Shown: in pieces, positions 9,269 to 19,288 of the stretch | Numbering within the stretch: the first letter of the stretch is position 1 | Layout of the letters: every line of letters starts with the position of its first letter | NCBI GenBank assembly: GCA_965207885.1 | Contig: OZ242311.1 | Location: forward strand, 1,888,001 to 1,952,000 | Direction of reading: 5' to 3' | DNA length: 64,000 nt | Source of the DNA: Candidatus Latescibacterota bacterium | GTDB lineage: Bacteria; Latescibacterota; UBA2968 | Made by a program: the position numbers and the translations under genes | Notes under the pieces: generated by a model | What the model was told of the DNA's origin: nothing | What the model saw: only the letters and a program-made list of their open reading frames with translations | Database searches by the model: none

Positions 9269-10999
9269 CTATGCTGGCCTATCACCCTTTTTAACCGGCG
9301 CTGTTCGGCTATCAACGCCCGGCAACATTTTTGACGGATCTCTCGTAACAATAACATCGATAATCGTAGGCATATCGCGATTGGCAATACCCTCGGCAAA
9401 AGCACCTTGCAATGCCCCGGGATCATCCACGCGAATACCCTGACAGCCAAGCGCACGGGCCGTATCGGCATAATCCGTCTCGCTCAAATCACTCGACTGA
9501 TAGCGCCCCGCATACATATTGTGCTGAAGCGCTTTGACATAACCCGAAGCCGCATTGTTCACAATCGCGAGCGTAAACCCAAGCTCAAGACGCCGGGCTG
9601 TCTCCAATTCACCGAGCACCATATTAAACCCCGCATCTCCCGTCAGACCAACAACGGGAGAATCACCCGCTGCGAGTTGCGCGCCCATTGTACCCGGCAA
9701 CCCATAACCGATAGAAGCAAATCCGCGGTTGGCAATATACGTGCGCCCAGACCGGGTCGAATCGTAAAGCAAACCAGTCCAATGCGCGGCAAAACCACCA
9801 TCCACAACCAGAATCCCGTCTTCGGGCATCGCGTTTTGCAACTCGCGCACCACCCGCGCCATATTGACGGGGCTCTCGTCAGAAGCATAACGCGGCTCCG
9901 CCTCGGCGCGCCAGACAGCCATCCGCTCTGAGACCTCGGCCAAATAGCCCACGCGCATCTCCTGTATCCCCACCCGGTCAGAGGACAAACACGCCTGAAG
10001 ATCGCGCAAACCCTCCGCCGCATCGCCCCAGAGTGAAACGGTAGCAGGCGTCGTGCGCCCGATTTCCTCAGCCACAATATCGAGATGAATAAAAGGCACA
10101 TCGCGCGGAATCAAATCATAGCGTTTCGTGGCAATCTCGCCCATCTTGCATCCAACAGACAGAATACAATCTGCAGACGCAATCAAATCATTGGCAATCC
10201 GCGACCAGCGCCCGAACAGCCCCACGCTGAGCGGATGAATACAGGGAATCGCACCCTTGCCACTCAGCGTTTGCGCAACTGGAATACTAAACGCCTCGGC
10301 AAAGCTCTGCAACTCGCAATACGCCCCGGAAAGATGGACACCGCCGCCAGCGAGAATAATCGGCCGCCGGGCATCGCGCAAACACGCCGCCGCGCGCGCA
10401 ACCGCATCTCGCCCCGGGCGTGAACGCTGTGCGGGAATACTCAGCGTTTCTGGATCCACAAAAAAATCCGCTCTGGGATAATCATACTCCCCATGGGCAA
10501 TATCCTCGGGAACATCCAGCACAACAGGTCCCGGCCGCCCGGACGTGGCAACAGCGTACGCGCGCCGCACAAGCTCGGGAATGCGATAGCCGCTCTCAAT
10601 CCGAATAAGCGCTTTAGCCGCTGGCGCCAGAATCTCCGTCTGACGCGCCTCCTGCGTCATATTCTTCCACGAATGCTCGCGATTGCTATTGCCCACAACA
10701 ACAATGAGCGGAACACCGGCATTCAGAGACTCCACCAGCCCCGTAACCAGATTCGTCGCCCCGGGACCCAGCGTACCATCGCATATACCGGGACGCCCAG
10801 TCACGCGCGCCCAGGCATCGGCGGCAAAAATACCACACCGCTCATCATTGATCAACGTATGCGAAAGCCCCAGTTCGCGCACCGCATCGTAAAAAGGTAG
10901 AAGCTGAAACCCCCCCATACCGAACATAGGCGCAGGATTGTGGAGGCGAAACATCTCGGCAAGAGCCTGCCCGCCATTCATGTGTACAACTGAAGACAT
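9269..10999 (-). CDS. ThDP-dependent acetolactate synthase-like enzyme
   Basis: TLGPGATN, SGRPGPVVLDVP, GDAGF...NN. Confidence 0.88.
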   Translation of the reverse strand: MSSVVHMNGGQALAEMFRLHNPAPMFGMGGFQLLPFYDAVRELGLSHTLINDERCGIFAADAWARVTGRPGICDGTLGPGATNLVTGLVESLNAGVPLIVVVGNSNREHSWKNMTQEARQTEILAPAAKALIRIESGYRIPELVRRAYAVATSGRPGPVVLDVPEDIAHGEYDYPRADFFVDPETLSIPAQRSRPGRDAVARAAACLRDARRPIILAGGGVHLSGAYCELQSFAEAFSIPVAQTLSGKGAIPCIHPLSVGLFGRWSRIANDLIASADCILSVGCKMGEIATKRYDLIPRDVPFIHLDIVAEEIGRTTPATVSLWGDAAEGLRDLQACLSSDRVGIQEMRVGYLAEVSERMAVWRAEAEPRYASDESPVNMARVVRELQNAMPEDGILVVDGGFAAHWTGLLYDSTRSGRTYIANRGFASIGYGLPGTMGAQLAAGDSPVVGLTGDAGFNMVLGELETARRLELGFTLAIVNNAASGYVKALQHNMYAGRYQSSDLSETDYADTARALGCQGIRVDDPGALQGAFAEGIANRDMPTIIDVIVTRDPSKMLPGVDSRTAPVKKGDRPA

Positions 11000-11025
11000 A
11001 AAAACTCCGTATCCAAATACATAAT

Positions 11026-11095
11026 GTAGGGGCGGTGCCCCCGTATAAAGGCACTACGGGGCAAGCTCCTGTGCCCGCCCGTTGGGTGGCGGGGT
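11026..11095. repeat. REP-like palindromic intergenic element
   Basis: GTAGGGGCG start, CCCCGTA...TACGGGG and CCCGCC...GGCGGG stems. Confidence 0.4.
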
Positions 11096-11096
11096 T

Positions 11097-11885
11097 TTAT
11101 ACCAGCCTCTCCCCAAACTCCGGAACCGTCATCCCCGCTTTAACACCGCATCTTTCCGCCTGTAAATTAACATGCGACAGAACACCGCTCTCCCATGCAG
11201 AAACCGCATCGCCAATACAAGCGGTCATAGCATCCACTGTCCCCGCGGGAATACCTGCGCGATCCAGAACCTCAAGACGCTGAACACCCGCCCGATCAAC
11301 ACCGACCCCCGCATCATTAAACACCGCGCCTCTCGCCTCTGCTGCAATACCATAATCGGGTCTGCCCGCAATCACTCCACCGTGCGATCCCGTAATAATA
11401 AACGCACCTGCATCCTCAGGCGTAACGAGCGATGCAGAATCACATGCAATCGTAAGCACAGGCACCTCTTGCAATACAGAGCGCGATTCCTCATAGTCCG
11501 GAACATCCCCTTCAAAGGGTATGCCATTACACAAAACTTCAGCCGCCTCTCGACAAGCCTGCCCCTCTTCACAGCCCAGCGCACGGGCTATCTCATTGCA
11601 AAAACTAATGCGCCCGCGCTTGAGCATATCTGCCCCATCTCCAATGCGCGCAGACGTATGTGCAATCGCAGCAGCCGCGAGTCCGAGACCTTGCAAATAA
11701 TCGAGCGACCCAATCCCCGCATTATCTTTCCCAACGCCTGCATCGTTAAAAATAACGCCCCGAAGACCTGCCAATGCTGCGAGATACCCACAATACCGCC
11801 CTCCATGGGAAGCGGCAACGAGAACCGTCCCCCGCAACTGCGAGCCGAGCTTTGTAATACTATCGGCAACCTGAACCGCGTCCAT
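11097..11885 (-). CDS. Hypothetical protein with internally duplicated domain
   Basis: DS..SHGG..FNDAGVG..IGD motifs occur twice. Confidence 0.75.
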   Translation of the reverse strand: MDAVQVADSITKLGSQLRGTVLVAASHGGRYCGYLAALAGLRGVIFNDAGVGKDNAGIGSLDYLQGLGLAAAAIAHTSARIGDGADMLKRGRISFCNEIARALGCEEGQACREAAEVLCNGIPFEGDVPDYEESRSVLQEVPVLTIACDSASLVTPEDAGAFIITGSHGGVIAGRPDYGIAAEARGAVFNDAGVGVDRAGVQRLEVLDRAGIPAGTVDAMTACIGDAVSAWESGVLSHVNLQAERCGVKAGMTVPEFGERLV

Positions 11886-11956
11886 AATAGCCTCTGAGAG
11901 AATCAGATCAACGCCGTGCAATTTATGGACAGTTATCTGCAGAAACAAGGAAATTT

Positions 11957-13420
11957 CTATCTCGGTGGAGAATACGTCTTTGCCGGGATCGCCCGATAAA
12001 TCTCGAGCTTCTCTCGATCTAATCGTTCTCTAATTCCACTCAAGTGCGTCTCGATCAAATCTCGCCGCACAGATTCCAGATCGGGATCCTCAAACACATT
12101 ATTCAGTTCATAGGGATCATTTTGACAATCGTACATCTCAACCGGCTTCTCAGACACAGATTCAACCACCAGCTTGTATCGCCCATCAAAAACCATCGTA
12201 AACCCATCGACCTCACTAAACACAGCGTCTTTGCCCTTTTGCGCGCCATCGGCATCCGGACCTGCCAACACCTGAGACACAAACGAAACCCCATCGCTAT
12301 TCTCCAAAGACTCTGCCCCTGCAACATCTAAAATCGTAGCCGTGATATTCAGGCAATCCGTCAGTCCTTCAGACGTCCACCCCGCCTGTCCCCCCGCAGG
12401 ACGCACAACCAGAGGCACCCGTACAGCCATATCGTAAAACACGCCTTTGTGGCTCAATCGATGATCCCCAGCCATCTCACCGTGATCCGAACTGTAAATA
12501 ATCCAGGTATTGTCCAACATGCCCTTTGCCTCAAGAGCTTCGATAATACCCCCAATCGCATTGTCGATCAACGTAATCTTTGCATAATAATTGATAACCA
12601 GTTGTTTCTTTTCCTCTTCGGTCATCGTTTTGGCATCGCCAGCGCGAAAGAGCGACCGCACAATATATTTGGGATACGGTTCTCTGGGCAAATCCATAAT
12701 ACCCACAGGAATATCATCCATACTGTACATATCCCGATATTCCTGTGGCGAATCAAAGGGATTGTGCGGCCCTGGAAACAGCACCTGCAGATAGAACGGC
12801 TTGTCCCCATCGTAATCGCGCACCCATTCTGCGGCCGTACGCCCGGTATAACTGTCCAGATGGCTTTCAGAAGGCAATGGACAGGGCGGATCCTCCCACG
12901 CCCGTGCCCTGCCCTCTTCCAGGCGCGTCTTTGACCTGACCACATAATCTCGATGCGTCTCCCACAAACCCAATTCTTCGAGATAATCCGAATACTGCGA
13001 TTTGTTTACCCCCGATGCGTGTGGACCGTGCATCTCTTGAATATCTACAAACCCCCAATTTTCCAATATTGCCGTCTTTTCCTGACTTTTTGTTCCACCC
13101 GTGTGCGTATATAAGTGAGTCTTGCCCACCAGGGCAGTATGATAGCCCGCATCGCGCACATTTCGCACATGACTGGGACCGTGCTGATCGGCCTCAACAA
13201 CATTCTGCCAGACACCGTGTTCCCGCACGTACTGCCCCGTCATCATCGTCGCGCGCGCAGGCATACAAATCGGCCCATTGGTATAACACTGGCTAAACAC
13301 CACCCCCTCGGACCCCAGGCGATCCAGATGTGGTGTTTTGATCACTGGATGCCCGGCGCACCCCACCGCATCACCGCGATGCTGATCCGAATATATGAAA
13401 ACAATATTGGGTTTTGACAT
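11957..13420 (-). CDS. Formylglycine-dependent sulfatase
   Basis: KPNIVFIYSDQHR, CMPAR, GKTH, SDHG. Confidence 0.93.
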   Translation of the reverse strand: MSKPNIVFIYSDQHRGDAVGCAGHPVIKTPHLDRLGSEGVVFSQCYTNGPICMPARATMMTGQYVREHGVWQNVVEADQHGPSHVRNVRDAGYHTALVGKTHLYTHTGGTKSQEKTAILENWGFVDIQEMHGPHASGVNKSQYSDYLEELGLWETHRDYVVRSKTRLEEGRARAWEDPPCPLPSESHLDSYTGRTAAEWVRDYDGDKPFYLQVLFPGPHNPFDSPQEYRDMYSMDDIPVGIMDLPREPYPKYIVRSLFRAGDAKTMTEEEKKQLVINYYAKITLIDNAIGGIIEALEAKGMLDNTWIIYSSDHGEMAGDHRLSHKGVFYDMAVRVPLVVRPAGGQAGWTSEGLTDCLNITATILDVAGAESLENSDGVSFVSQVLAGPDADGAQKGKDAVFSEVDGFTMVFDGRYKLVVESVSEKPVEMYDCQNDPYELNNVFEDPDLESVRRDLIETHLSGIRERLDREKLEIYRAIPAKTYSPPR

Positions 13421-13513
13421 ACACACCTCCAGTAAAGAACCCGGACAACTCTATCTTGCAATACTTCAATTTGTTCCTGTTGCTCTAAGGAAGATAATAC
13501 GCTATATTTTTCT

Positions 13514-13783
13514 ATGAAATTTTTAAATTGGAATCTTAATAAGAACAAGCAACTTCAAAAAGAACGCGGCATATCTTTTGAAGAAATAGCTCTTCTTATT
13601 GAAGCGGGCCACATTTTAGGTATTGAAACAAATCCAGGATATCCAAATCAGAAGATATATATACTCGAAATTAATCACTATGCAATTATAGTCCCATACG
13701 TTGAAACAGAAACAGAAATTTTTTTAAAAACAGCTTTTCCAAGTCGAAAATTTACCAAAAAATATGGACTAAAGGGGTCATAA
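13514..13783 (+). CDS. BrnT/DUF497-like toxin
   Basis: WN..KN..L.KERGISFEE...FLKTAFPSRK; overlaps the next gene (TAATG). Confidence 0.75.
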   Translation: MKFLNWNLNKNKQLQKERGISFEEIALLIEAGHILGIETNPGYPNQKIYILEINHYAIIVPYVETETEIFLKTAFPSRKFTKKYGLKGS

Positions 13784-14073
13784 TGGACAAACAAAACAAA
13801 TTTCAACCATTAGATGATGAAGAAAAAGAACTCATGGCTTCAATTGAGTCCGACACATGGGAACCGGTTTCAAATTTTGACGAAGAAAAACAAAAAGCCA
13901 TTGAAGCAGCACGTCGTACATTAGAGAAAGACAAACACATTAACTTGCGTCTTTCTGAAAAAGATTATCACCAGATACAAATACGTGCTATGCAAGAAGG
14001 CGTGTCGTATCAAACACTTATCTCAAGCATCGTTCACAAATATCTCAATGGAACGCTTGTTCCCGAAAAATAA
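13783..14073 (+). CDS. Antitoxin, RHH/CopG (BrnA-like)
   Basis: INLRLS...GVSYQTLISSIVHKY. Confidence 0.75.
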   Translation: MDKQNKFQPLDDEEKELMASIESDTWEPVSNFDEEKQKAIEAARRTLEKDKHINLRLSEKDYHQIQIRAMQEGVSYQTLISSIVHKYLNGTLVPEK

Positions 14074-14155
14074 ATAATCAGAAAATTCGCTTGACAACAT
14101 TTTTGTATCCATATAGTTTCTGCTCATACCAAGCCGTGTGTTCTTTCAAATTTGT

Positions 14156-14232
14156 GGGCGATTAGCTCAGGTGGTTAGAGTGCTTGCTTGACATGCAAGA
14201 GGTCACTGGTTCAAGTCCAGTATCGCCCACCA
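14156..14232 (+). tRNA. tRNA-Val (GAC)
   Basis: GGGCGAT acceptor stem, anticodon loop TTGACAT, TTCAAGT T-loop, CCA end; TTGACA at 14091. Confidence 0.97.
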
Positions 14233-14237
14233 TTAAA

Positions 14238-14275
14238 AACAATGGGTTACGCAAATTTATGCGCAACCCATTGTT
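14238..14275 (+). terminator. Hairpin after tRNA-Val
   Basis: AACAATGGGTT...AACCCATTGTT. Confidence 0.55.
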
Positions 14276-14318
14276 CTTTGGTGCCCATCTGAATGCAGTC
14301 TTTTGTGGTTGTAATGTG

Positions 14319-14888
14319 CTATAAAGAGTTCCTCGATTGTTGCCAATCTACATTTAAAAACGAAAACACCTCAACATCGAAAAACTCACCGGCTCTGAAA
14401 GTATGCTGCCTCAGTGTACCTTCTTTTGAAAAACCGACTTTTTCAAGGACACGCGTGGAACCATAATTCCTGGAAATCGACCTTGCTTCGATTCGATTCA
14501 ATTTGAGGTGTTCAAAACCGTATTCTATAATTGCAGCAACAGCATTTGTCATAATTCCGCAGCCCCAGTACTCTTTTGCGAGGTAGTAACCAATCTCGGC
14601 TCTTGAATGGATAGCGTCGAGATAAATATAGTGACATCGGCCAATGGCATGGTTATCCTCGGTTATAACCCAATAGATCGATTGTTTCTTTTCAAACTGT
14701 TCCATCATAAGTTCAATCCATGAGTGGACCTCTTCAAGCGTTTCTGCATGTAAGCTTGTAAATTGGGTTACCTCTTTATCAGACATAAAATGGTAGAGAG
14801 AGCGTGCGTCTTCGGGTTTTATTCCGCGCAGGTTATAAGATCCAATTGGGAAGGATGGGACTTTCGATGGAAATCGGTCTGTTTTCAT
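14319..14888 (-). CDS. GNAT acetyltransferase, RimJ/RimL family
   Basis: AEIGY.L...WG.GI, N..S.RVLEKVGF..EG.LR. Confidence 0.9.
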   Translation of the reverse strand: MKTDRFPSKVPSFPIGSYNLRGIKPEDARSLYHFMSDKEVTQFTSLHAETLEEVHSWIELMMEQFEKKQSIYWVITEDNHAIGRCHYIYLDAIHSRAEIGYYLAKEYWGCGIMTNAVAAIIEYGFEHLKLNRIEARSISRNYGSTRVLEKVGFSKEGTLRQHTFRAGEFFDVEVFSFLNVDWQQSRNSL

Positions 14889-14889
14889 A

Positions 14890-14951
14890 TTCGAAGATGG
14901 TTTCGGTGATTGGCAGCACGCATAAATTCAGTAACAACAGGCAGATTGGGA
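14890..14951. repeat. 62-bp copy of an internal piece of the DUF2442-HTH gene (18485-18546)
   Basis: Direct comparison, about 5 mismatches. Confidence 0.85.
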
Positions 14952-14958
14952 TCTGAAC

Positions 14959-15594
14959 ATGAAACGAATCGGTATTCTCGCCTACGGCTCTCTAATAGAC
15001 AATCCGGGTCCAGAACTTGGACCGAACACGGTTGCAAAAATCAAAGATGTCAATACGCCATTTATGGTTGAATTCGCCCGGAAAAGCCGAAGCCGCAATT
15101 ATGCACCCACTTTAGTTCCGGTCGCTGAGGGTGGTGCTTCTGTTAAAGGCGTTATCCTAATATTAAGAAACGGCATATCTGAAACTGAAGCTAAAAATAT
15201 GCTCTGGCGCCGGGAAACAAACTGTTTTGACACTCGAAAAATCTACCAACCCCATGCAAATCCCGGTGATAATAAGGTGTATGCAGAACCGCTGGAACAT
15301 TTCAAGGGCATCAATGTGGTTTATTACACCCGAATTGCCGCTAATATCCAGCCCTTGACACCAGCACACCTGGCAAAGCTGGCTATTCAAAGCGTCAGCT
15401 TAAAAAAGAAAGACCAGGAGCGAGATGGCATTAGCTACCTGATCAATGCAAAAGCAAACGGTATTCAAACGCCCCTCATGCCCGCATACGAACAGGAGAT
15501 TCTAAAGCGGATGAACGCAAAAAATCTCGAAGAAGCCCTGTCCTTGCAAATCAACCTGTTAAAAGAAAATGCTGCATCATCGAGAGCCAAATGA
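14959..15594 (+). CDS. Gamma-glutamylcyclotransferase (ChaC-like) protein
   Basis: ILAYGSLI, APTLVP, LWRRE, GISYL. Confidence 0.65.
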   Translation: MKRIGILAYGSLIDNPGPELGPNTVAKIKDVNTPFMVEFARKSRSRNYAPTLVPVAEGGASVKGVILILRNGISETEAKNMLWRRETNCFDTRKIYQPHANPGDNKVYAEPLEHFKGINVVYYTRIAANIQPLTPAHLAKLAIQSVSLKKKDQERDGISYLINAKANGIQTPLMPAYEQEILKRMNAKNLEEALSLQINLLKENAASSRAK

Positions 15595-15613
15595 GAGCAC
15601 GAGGAAGATCAGT
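15571..15613. repeat. 43-bp direct repeat (copy at 20118-20160)
   Basis: GCTGCATCATyGAGAGCCAAATGAGmGCrCGAGGAAGATCAGT, 3 mismatches. Confidence 0.85.
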
Positions 15614-15663
15614 GTTTAAAAACATCGCACTTACCTTCTAAGATGATAAGGAAAAAAGACAAC

Positions 15664-15942
15664 ATGCGCGACGATAAAAAAATTCCAAAATTCGACAGCT
15701 ACGAAGAAATGGCAGCGTTTTGGGATACACATAGTCTTGCCGACTATTGGGAACAGACGGAGCCTGTTGATTTCGATTTCGCGCCAGAAGCACGGCGGCA
15801 ATACCTGATAAGGGTTGACCGTGAGGTATTAGCGCGTGTGCAACGTCTTGCTCGAACACGGGGTGTAAGTATTGAGAGCCTGGTTAATTTGCTCCTTGAA
15901 CAACGCCTCCTGGAGATTGAGAACTCAACCTCAAACGTGTAA
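15664..15942 (+). CDS. CopG/BrnA-like antitoxin, no adjacent toxin
   Basis: IPKFDSYEEMAAFWDTHSLADYW + RHH C-terminus. Confidence 0.75.
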   Translation: MRDDKKIPKFDSYEEMAAFWDTHSLADYWEQTEPVDFDFAPEARRQYLIRVDREVLARVQRLARTRGVSIESLVNLLLEQRLLEIENSTSNV

Positions 15943-15962
15943 CATATATCAAACACCTCAAG

Positions 15963-15994
15963 AAGCCACTCCTAAAATTCGGAGCGGCTTTTTT
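15963..15994 (+). terminator. Intrinsic terminator
   Basis: AAGCCACTCC...GGAGCGGCTT TTTT. Confidence 0.7.
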
Positions 15995-16105
15995 GTCTTG
16001 TAGTCATTGGTTCACAAAGCTACATTTATTTGGATTTCTCAACCGTTCTATACGTTCGCTTGTTGTTCGGCTTAAAATGAAGATAACAGGAGCATCACAT
16101 ATGGC
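15995..16105 (+). repeat. 111-bp leader/RBS repeat (copy at 19183-19293)
   Basis: About 90% identical through AACAGGAG and ATGGC of two unrelated genes. Confidence 0.9.
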
Positions 16106-17498
16106 GAAACCGAATATTCTGCTCTTGATGACGGATCAACAGCGTGCAGATGCGATGGGCTGCACTGGTGGCTGGGTTGAAACGCCGAATATGGATCGGA
16201 TCGCAAATGAAGGCGTGAGGTTTTCTAATTGCGTTACGAATTCGCCTATCTGTGTACCTGCAAGGCTGAGCCTGGCTACGGGACACTACCCTCACAATAC
16301 GGGTGTGTGGAATCATCAGGACCATACCCTGGCGACCGACGCGAAAACGTGGACCCAGGTTGTCAGGTCCTGTGGGTATCGAACCAGCCTGTTCGGCAAG
16401 ACACACCTACATCCTACGTCAGGTGACTTGCGCAGCCGAGAGCACCTGCTGCACGCCTATGGGCTGGATGATGTGAATGAAATTGGGGGCCCACGGGCGT
16501 GCGCAAACTGCGTTTCTCATATGACTTCGATGTGGGAAAAAAAGGGTCTGTGGAAAAAGTACAAAGCGGACCTCGCTGAGCGTTCCAGAACCAAACGGTA
16601 CCTGGTGCGGCCCTCGGCAGTGGGGCTGGAGGACTATTACGATATATATGTAGGCCAGCAGGCCAAAGGCTATATAGAAAGCTATGTGCGCTCCGAGCCG
16701 TGGTTTTGCTGGGTGAGTTTTGGCGGACCACATATGCCTTATGACACACCTGAACCGTACGCGAGCAAGTACCACCCCGACGCCATGCCCAGTCCGGTTC
16801 CTTATCCCGGAGATGAGCGCAAGCGACCTCGGGGAACCCTGGATGATATCCTGGACAACAGGCCCACATTCGACCCTGGAGAAGAAAAGATACTACGAGC
16901 GGATTACGCCGGTAACGTGACTCTGATTGACGACCAAATCGGAGAGATCCTATTGGCGATCGAAGCACGTGGTGAGCTTGACGATACGGTGATTCTTCTG
17001 GTCTCTGATCACGGCGAAATGAACGGTGATTGTGGGATTCTGGCGAAAAGCAATTTTATGAATGGCGCCGTTCGCGTACCCCTGGTGATTCGGACCCCTG
17101 ACACCGTCGGTCGTTCGGCTGCTGGAAAGACATGCGCAAGCCATACGGAGTGGTTTGATGCGGGGCCGACACTAGCTGAACTAGCGGGAGGGGAAAACGA
17201 GTATCCCCAGTTTGCGAAATCCCTCTGCCCGATGCTTGCAGACCCCTCGATCGAACACCGGAGCGAAGCGATTTCGGAATATGGCGGAGATGTCATGCTG
17301 TTGAATCATGATTGGAAGATTGCACTCAACAAAGAAGGAGAGGCCTACCTGCTGTTTGACGTGAAGAACGACCCGAGTGAGGTGAATAACCTGGCCGGAA
17401 GAGCCGATATGGCTGACGTGGAGAATTCTCTGAAGCTGAGGATCCTGGAACGAATGATGGAGAGTCAAGTTTATACAGGGGCCAGGTTCGCGGGTTGA
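16101..17498 (+). CDS. Formylglycine-dependent sulfatase
   Basis: KPNILLLMTDQQR, CVPAR, SDHG. Confidence 0.93.
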   Translation: MAKPNILLLMTDQQRADAMGCTGGWVETPNMDRIANEGVRFSNCVTNSPICVPARLSLATGHYPHNTGVWNHQDHTLATDAKTWTQVVRSCGYRTSLFGKTHLHPTSGDLRSREHLLHAYGLDDVNEIGGPRACANCVSHMTSMWEKKGLWKKYKADLAERSRTKRYLVRPSAVGLEDYYDIYVGQQAKGYIESYVRSEPWFCWVSFGGPHMPYDTPEPYASKYHPDAMPSPVPYPGDERKRPRGTLDDILDNRPTFDPGEEKILRADYAGNVTLIDDQIGEILLAIEARGELDDTVILLVSDHGEMNGDCGILAKSNFMNGAVRVPLVIRTPDTVGRSAAGKTCASHTEWFDAGPTLAELAGGENEYPQFAKSLCPMLADPSIEHRSEAISEYGGDVMLLNHDWKIALNKEGEAYLLFDVKNDPSEVNNLAGRADMADVENSLKLRILERMMESQVYTGARFAG

Positions 17499-17544
17499 TT
17501 TTCAGGGATCACGGACCAAGGCGAAAACGAACTAATTCGTAAGA

Positions 17545-17769
17545 TCAAAATGATTCTTGGACAGGATCGCGCTTACCTTCTACAAGCGCGTCGTATTCCT
17601 CCAATTGCATACGGAGTTCATCACATTGGCTTCGCAATGCATCCTGATGAGCTTTCTGAAGTAGAGGGTGAATATTCTCATCTTTGTTTTGAGCCAACTC
17701 CGCCAAAGCGCCCTCAAACTTCCTCATCTGAGCCTTGGTGATCCGATATTGTCTCTCATTTTTGATCAT
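17545..17769 (-). CDS. Small protein resembling the N-terminal part of XRE/HigA-like regulators (HTH missing)
   Basis: MIKNERQYRITK...EEYDAL. Confidence 0.55.
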   Translation of the reverse strand: MIKNERQYRITKAQMRKFEGALAELAQNKDENIHPLLQKAHQDALRSQCDELRMQLEEYDALVEGKRDPVQESF

Positions 17770-17864
17770 ATCTGCCACCCTCTTAGTTCTATCGATAATC
17801 CCATAACACAACAATGCAGTTGTATTGAGGCGCAACCCATTTTTTTGGGGAAAATAACCTCAGG

Positions 17865-18683
17865 TTAATCTCCTTCAGAAAGTATCTCGGCAATTTTATC
17901 CAGATATGCTTTCAGGGACAAACCGTGACTTCTCGCCAGAATCCCCAGTGTATCCACCTTTGTCCGTCCTCCCTTTTCGATTCTGCGCACATGGCGTTCC
18001 GAAAGGCCTTGAATATCGGCTTGCTTAAGCCCGCACTGTTTTCGAAATGCGGCAACCGCCTCTCCGAACCGAATGTCATACATAAGCCTTTCCTGATCCT
18101 TTTTCTCCCGCCACTCATCATCTTTCAGGTAGCGAACAGCATCCAGGTCGATATGTACATCAGCCTCAGGCCAGTGAATATAACTGCCTTCGCTGGAGAG
18201 AGTAAATGAAGAACGCTGTTCTTCTGGAATACGCTTGAGTGCGGGCATTTCTTCAAAGCCAACTCTGAACAGGGTATGGTCACAGGCCACGACAAAAAGC
18301 TCATCATCAATAACCTGTGCAGTGGCAATCAGCTGATTCGGACATCCAAGACTCCAAGCCGTGAGCACGCGCTTTGGCACATCCTTATCCGAATGCACAA
18401 GAATGTTTCGGGTCATTCTCAGTTTTGCCGCATAAAGCATCTGCGGTAAAAACTGAGCATTGTCGTCTTCCCTGACAAAAAGAGTTCGAAGATGGTTTCG
18501 ATGATTGGCAGCACGCACAAATTCAGTGACAACAGGTAGATCGGGAACAGAAGTGAGCACAAAAATATCCCGAGATTTTATCCTTCCCAAGTCCGGCTTC
18601 CGAAAAACCCTGAAAGAACGCGGAATGATGTCATCGCTGAACGGGTCTTGAGCCCAGACAGTCATATCAGCAGTCTTTGACAT
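17865..18683 (-). CDS. Extended DUF2442 protein with C-terminal XRE HTH (antitoxin-like)
   Basis: G..IHWPEADVHID; GLKQ..GLSERHVRRIEKG. Confidence 0.7.
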   Translation of the reverse strand: MSKTADMTVWAQDPFSDDIIPRSFRVFRKPDLGRIKSRDIFVLTSVPDLPVVTEFVRAANHRNHLRTLFVREDDNAQFLPQMLYAAKLRMTRNILVHSDKDVPKRVLTAWSLGCPNQLIATAQVIDDELFVVACDHTLFRVGFEEMPALKRIPEEQRSSFTLSSEGSYIHWPEADVHIDLDAVRYLKDDEWREKKDQERLMYDIRFGEAVAAFRKQCGLKQADIQGLSERHVRRIEKGGRTKVDTLGILARSHGLSLKAYLDKIAEILSEGD

Positions 18684-18685
18684 GC

Positions 18686-18964
18686 TTAGCTCCTTGTATC
18701 TACTTTGACTTCCCACTCGGCATAAAGTGCGTCTCGATGTTGAAGCACCAGAGTCAAAAGCTCCCGACGCTCTTTGCCCGAAGGACCCAATCCGGTGGGA
18801 GGAAACTTCATATTGAAGACAAAATTGCTGCGTTTACATGCACGAAAAAAGACGCGGATCTCCCATTTGTCCGGTTTGCGGGCGTGAAAATGAGGGGGTT
18901 CGTGATCCGAGGAATTGAACCATAGATCCACACCTGCCATTTGAAAACAATCCAATTTGCCCAA
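18686..18964 (-). CDS. DUF4160 protein (toxin-like)
   Basis: DHEPPHFHA...L..EW; TTG start after AGGAG. Confidence 0.75.
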   Translation of the reverse strand: MGKLDCFQMAGVDLWFNSSDHEPPHFHARKPDKWEIRVFFRACKRSNFVFNMKFPPTGLGPSGKERRELLTLVLQHRDALYAEWEVKVDTRS

Positions 18965-19288
18965 AAGGCCACTCCTTTTCCTGTACCAAAGAAGATACCC
19001 AATACCGGACAATATAACAATATTATAAATACAAAAAATGTCCGATTAGATCTGGTCGTGCGATTTAATCGGCCACAATAACATTCCAGCCAACACACTT
19101 AGTCAGAACAATATATAATCCCTTTGTCCCATACCTGTTCCACCTTTTTAAGCATATACCAAGCCTGTAGTTGTGGAAATTCGTCTTGCAGCCATCGGTT
19201 CACAAAGCTACATTTATTTAGATTTTTCAACCGTTCTATACGTTCGCTTGTTGTTCGGCTTGAATTGAAGATAACAGGAGCATCAAAT

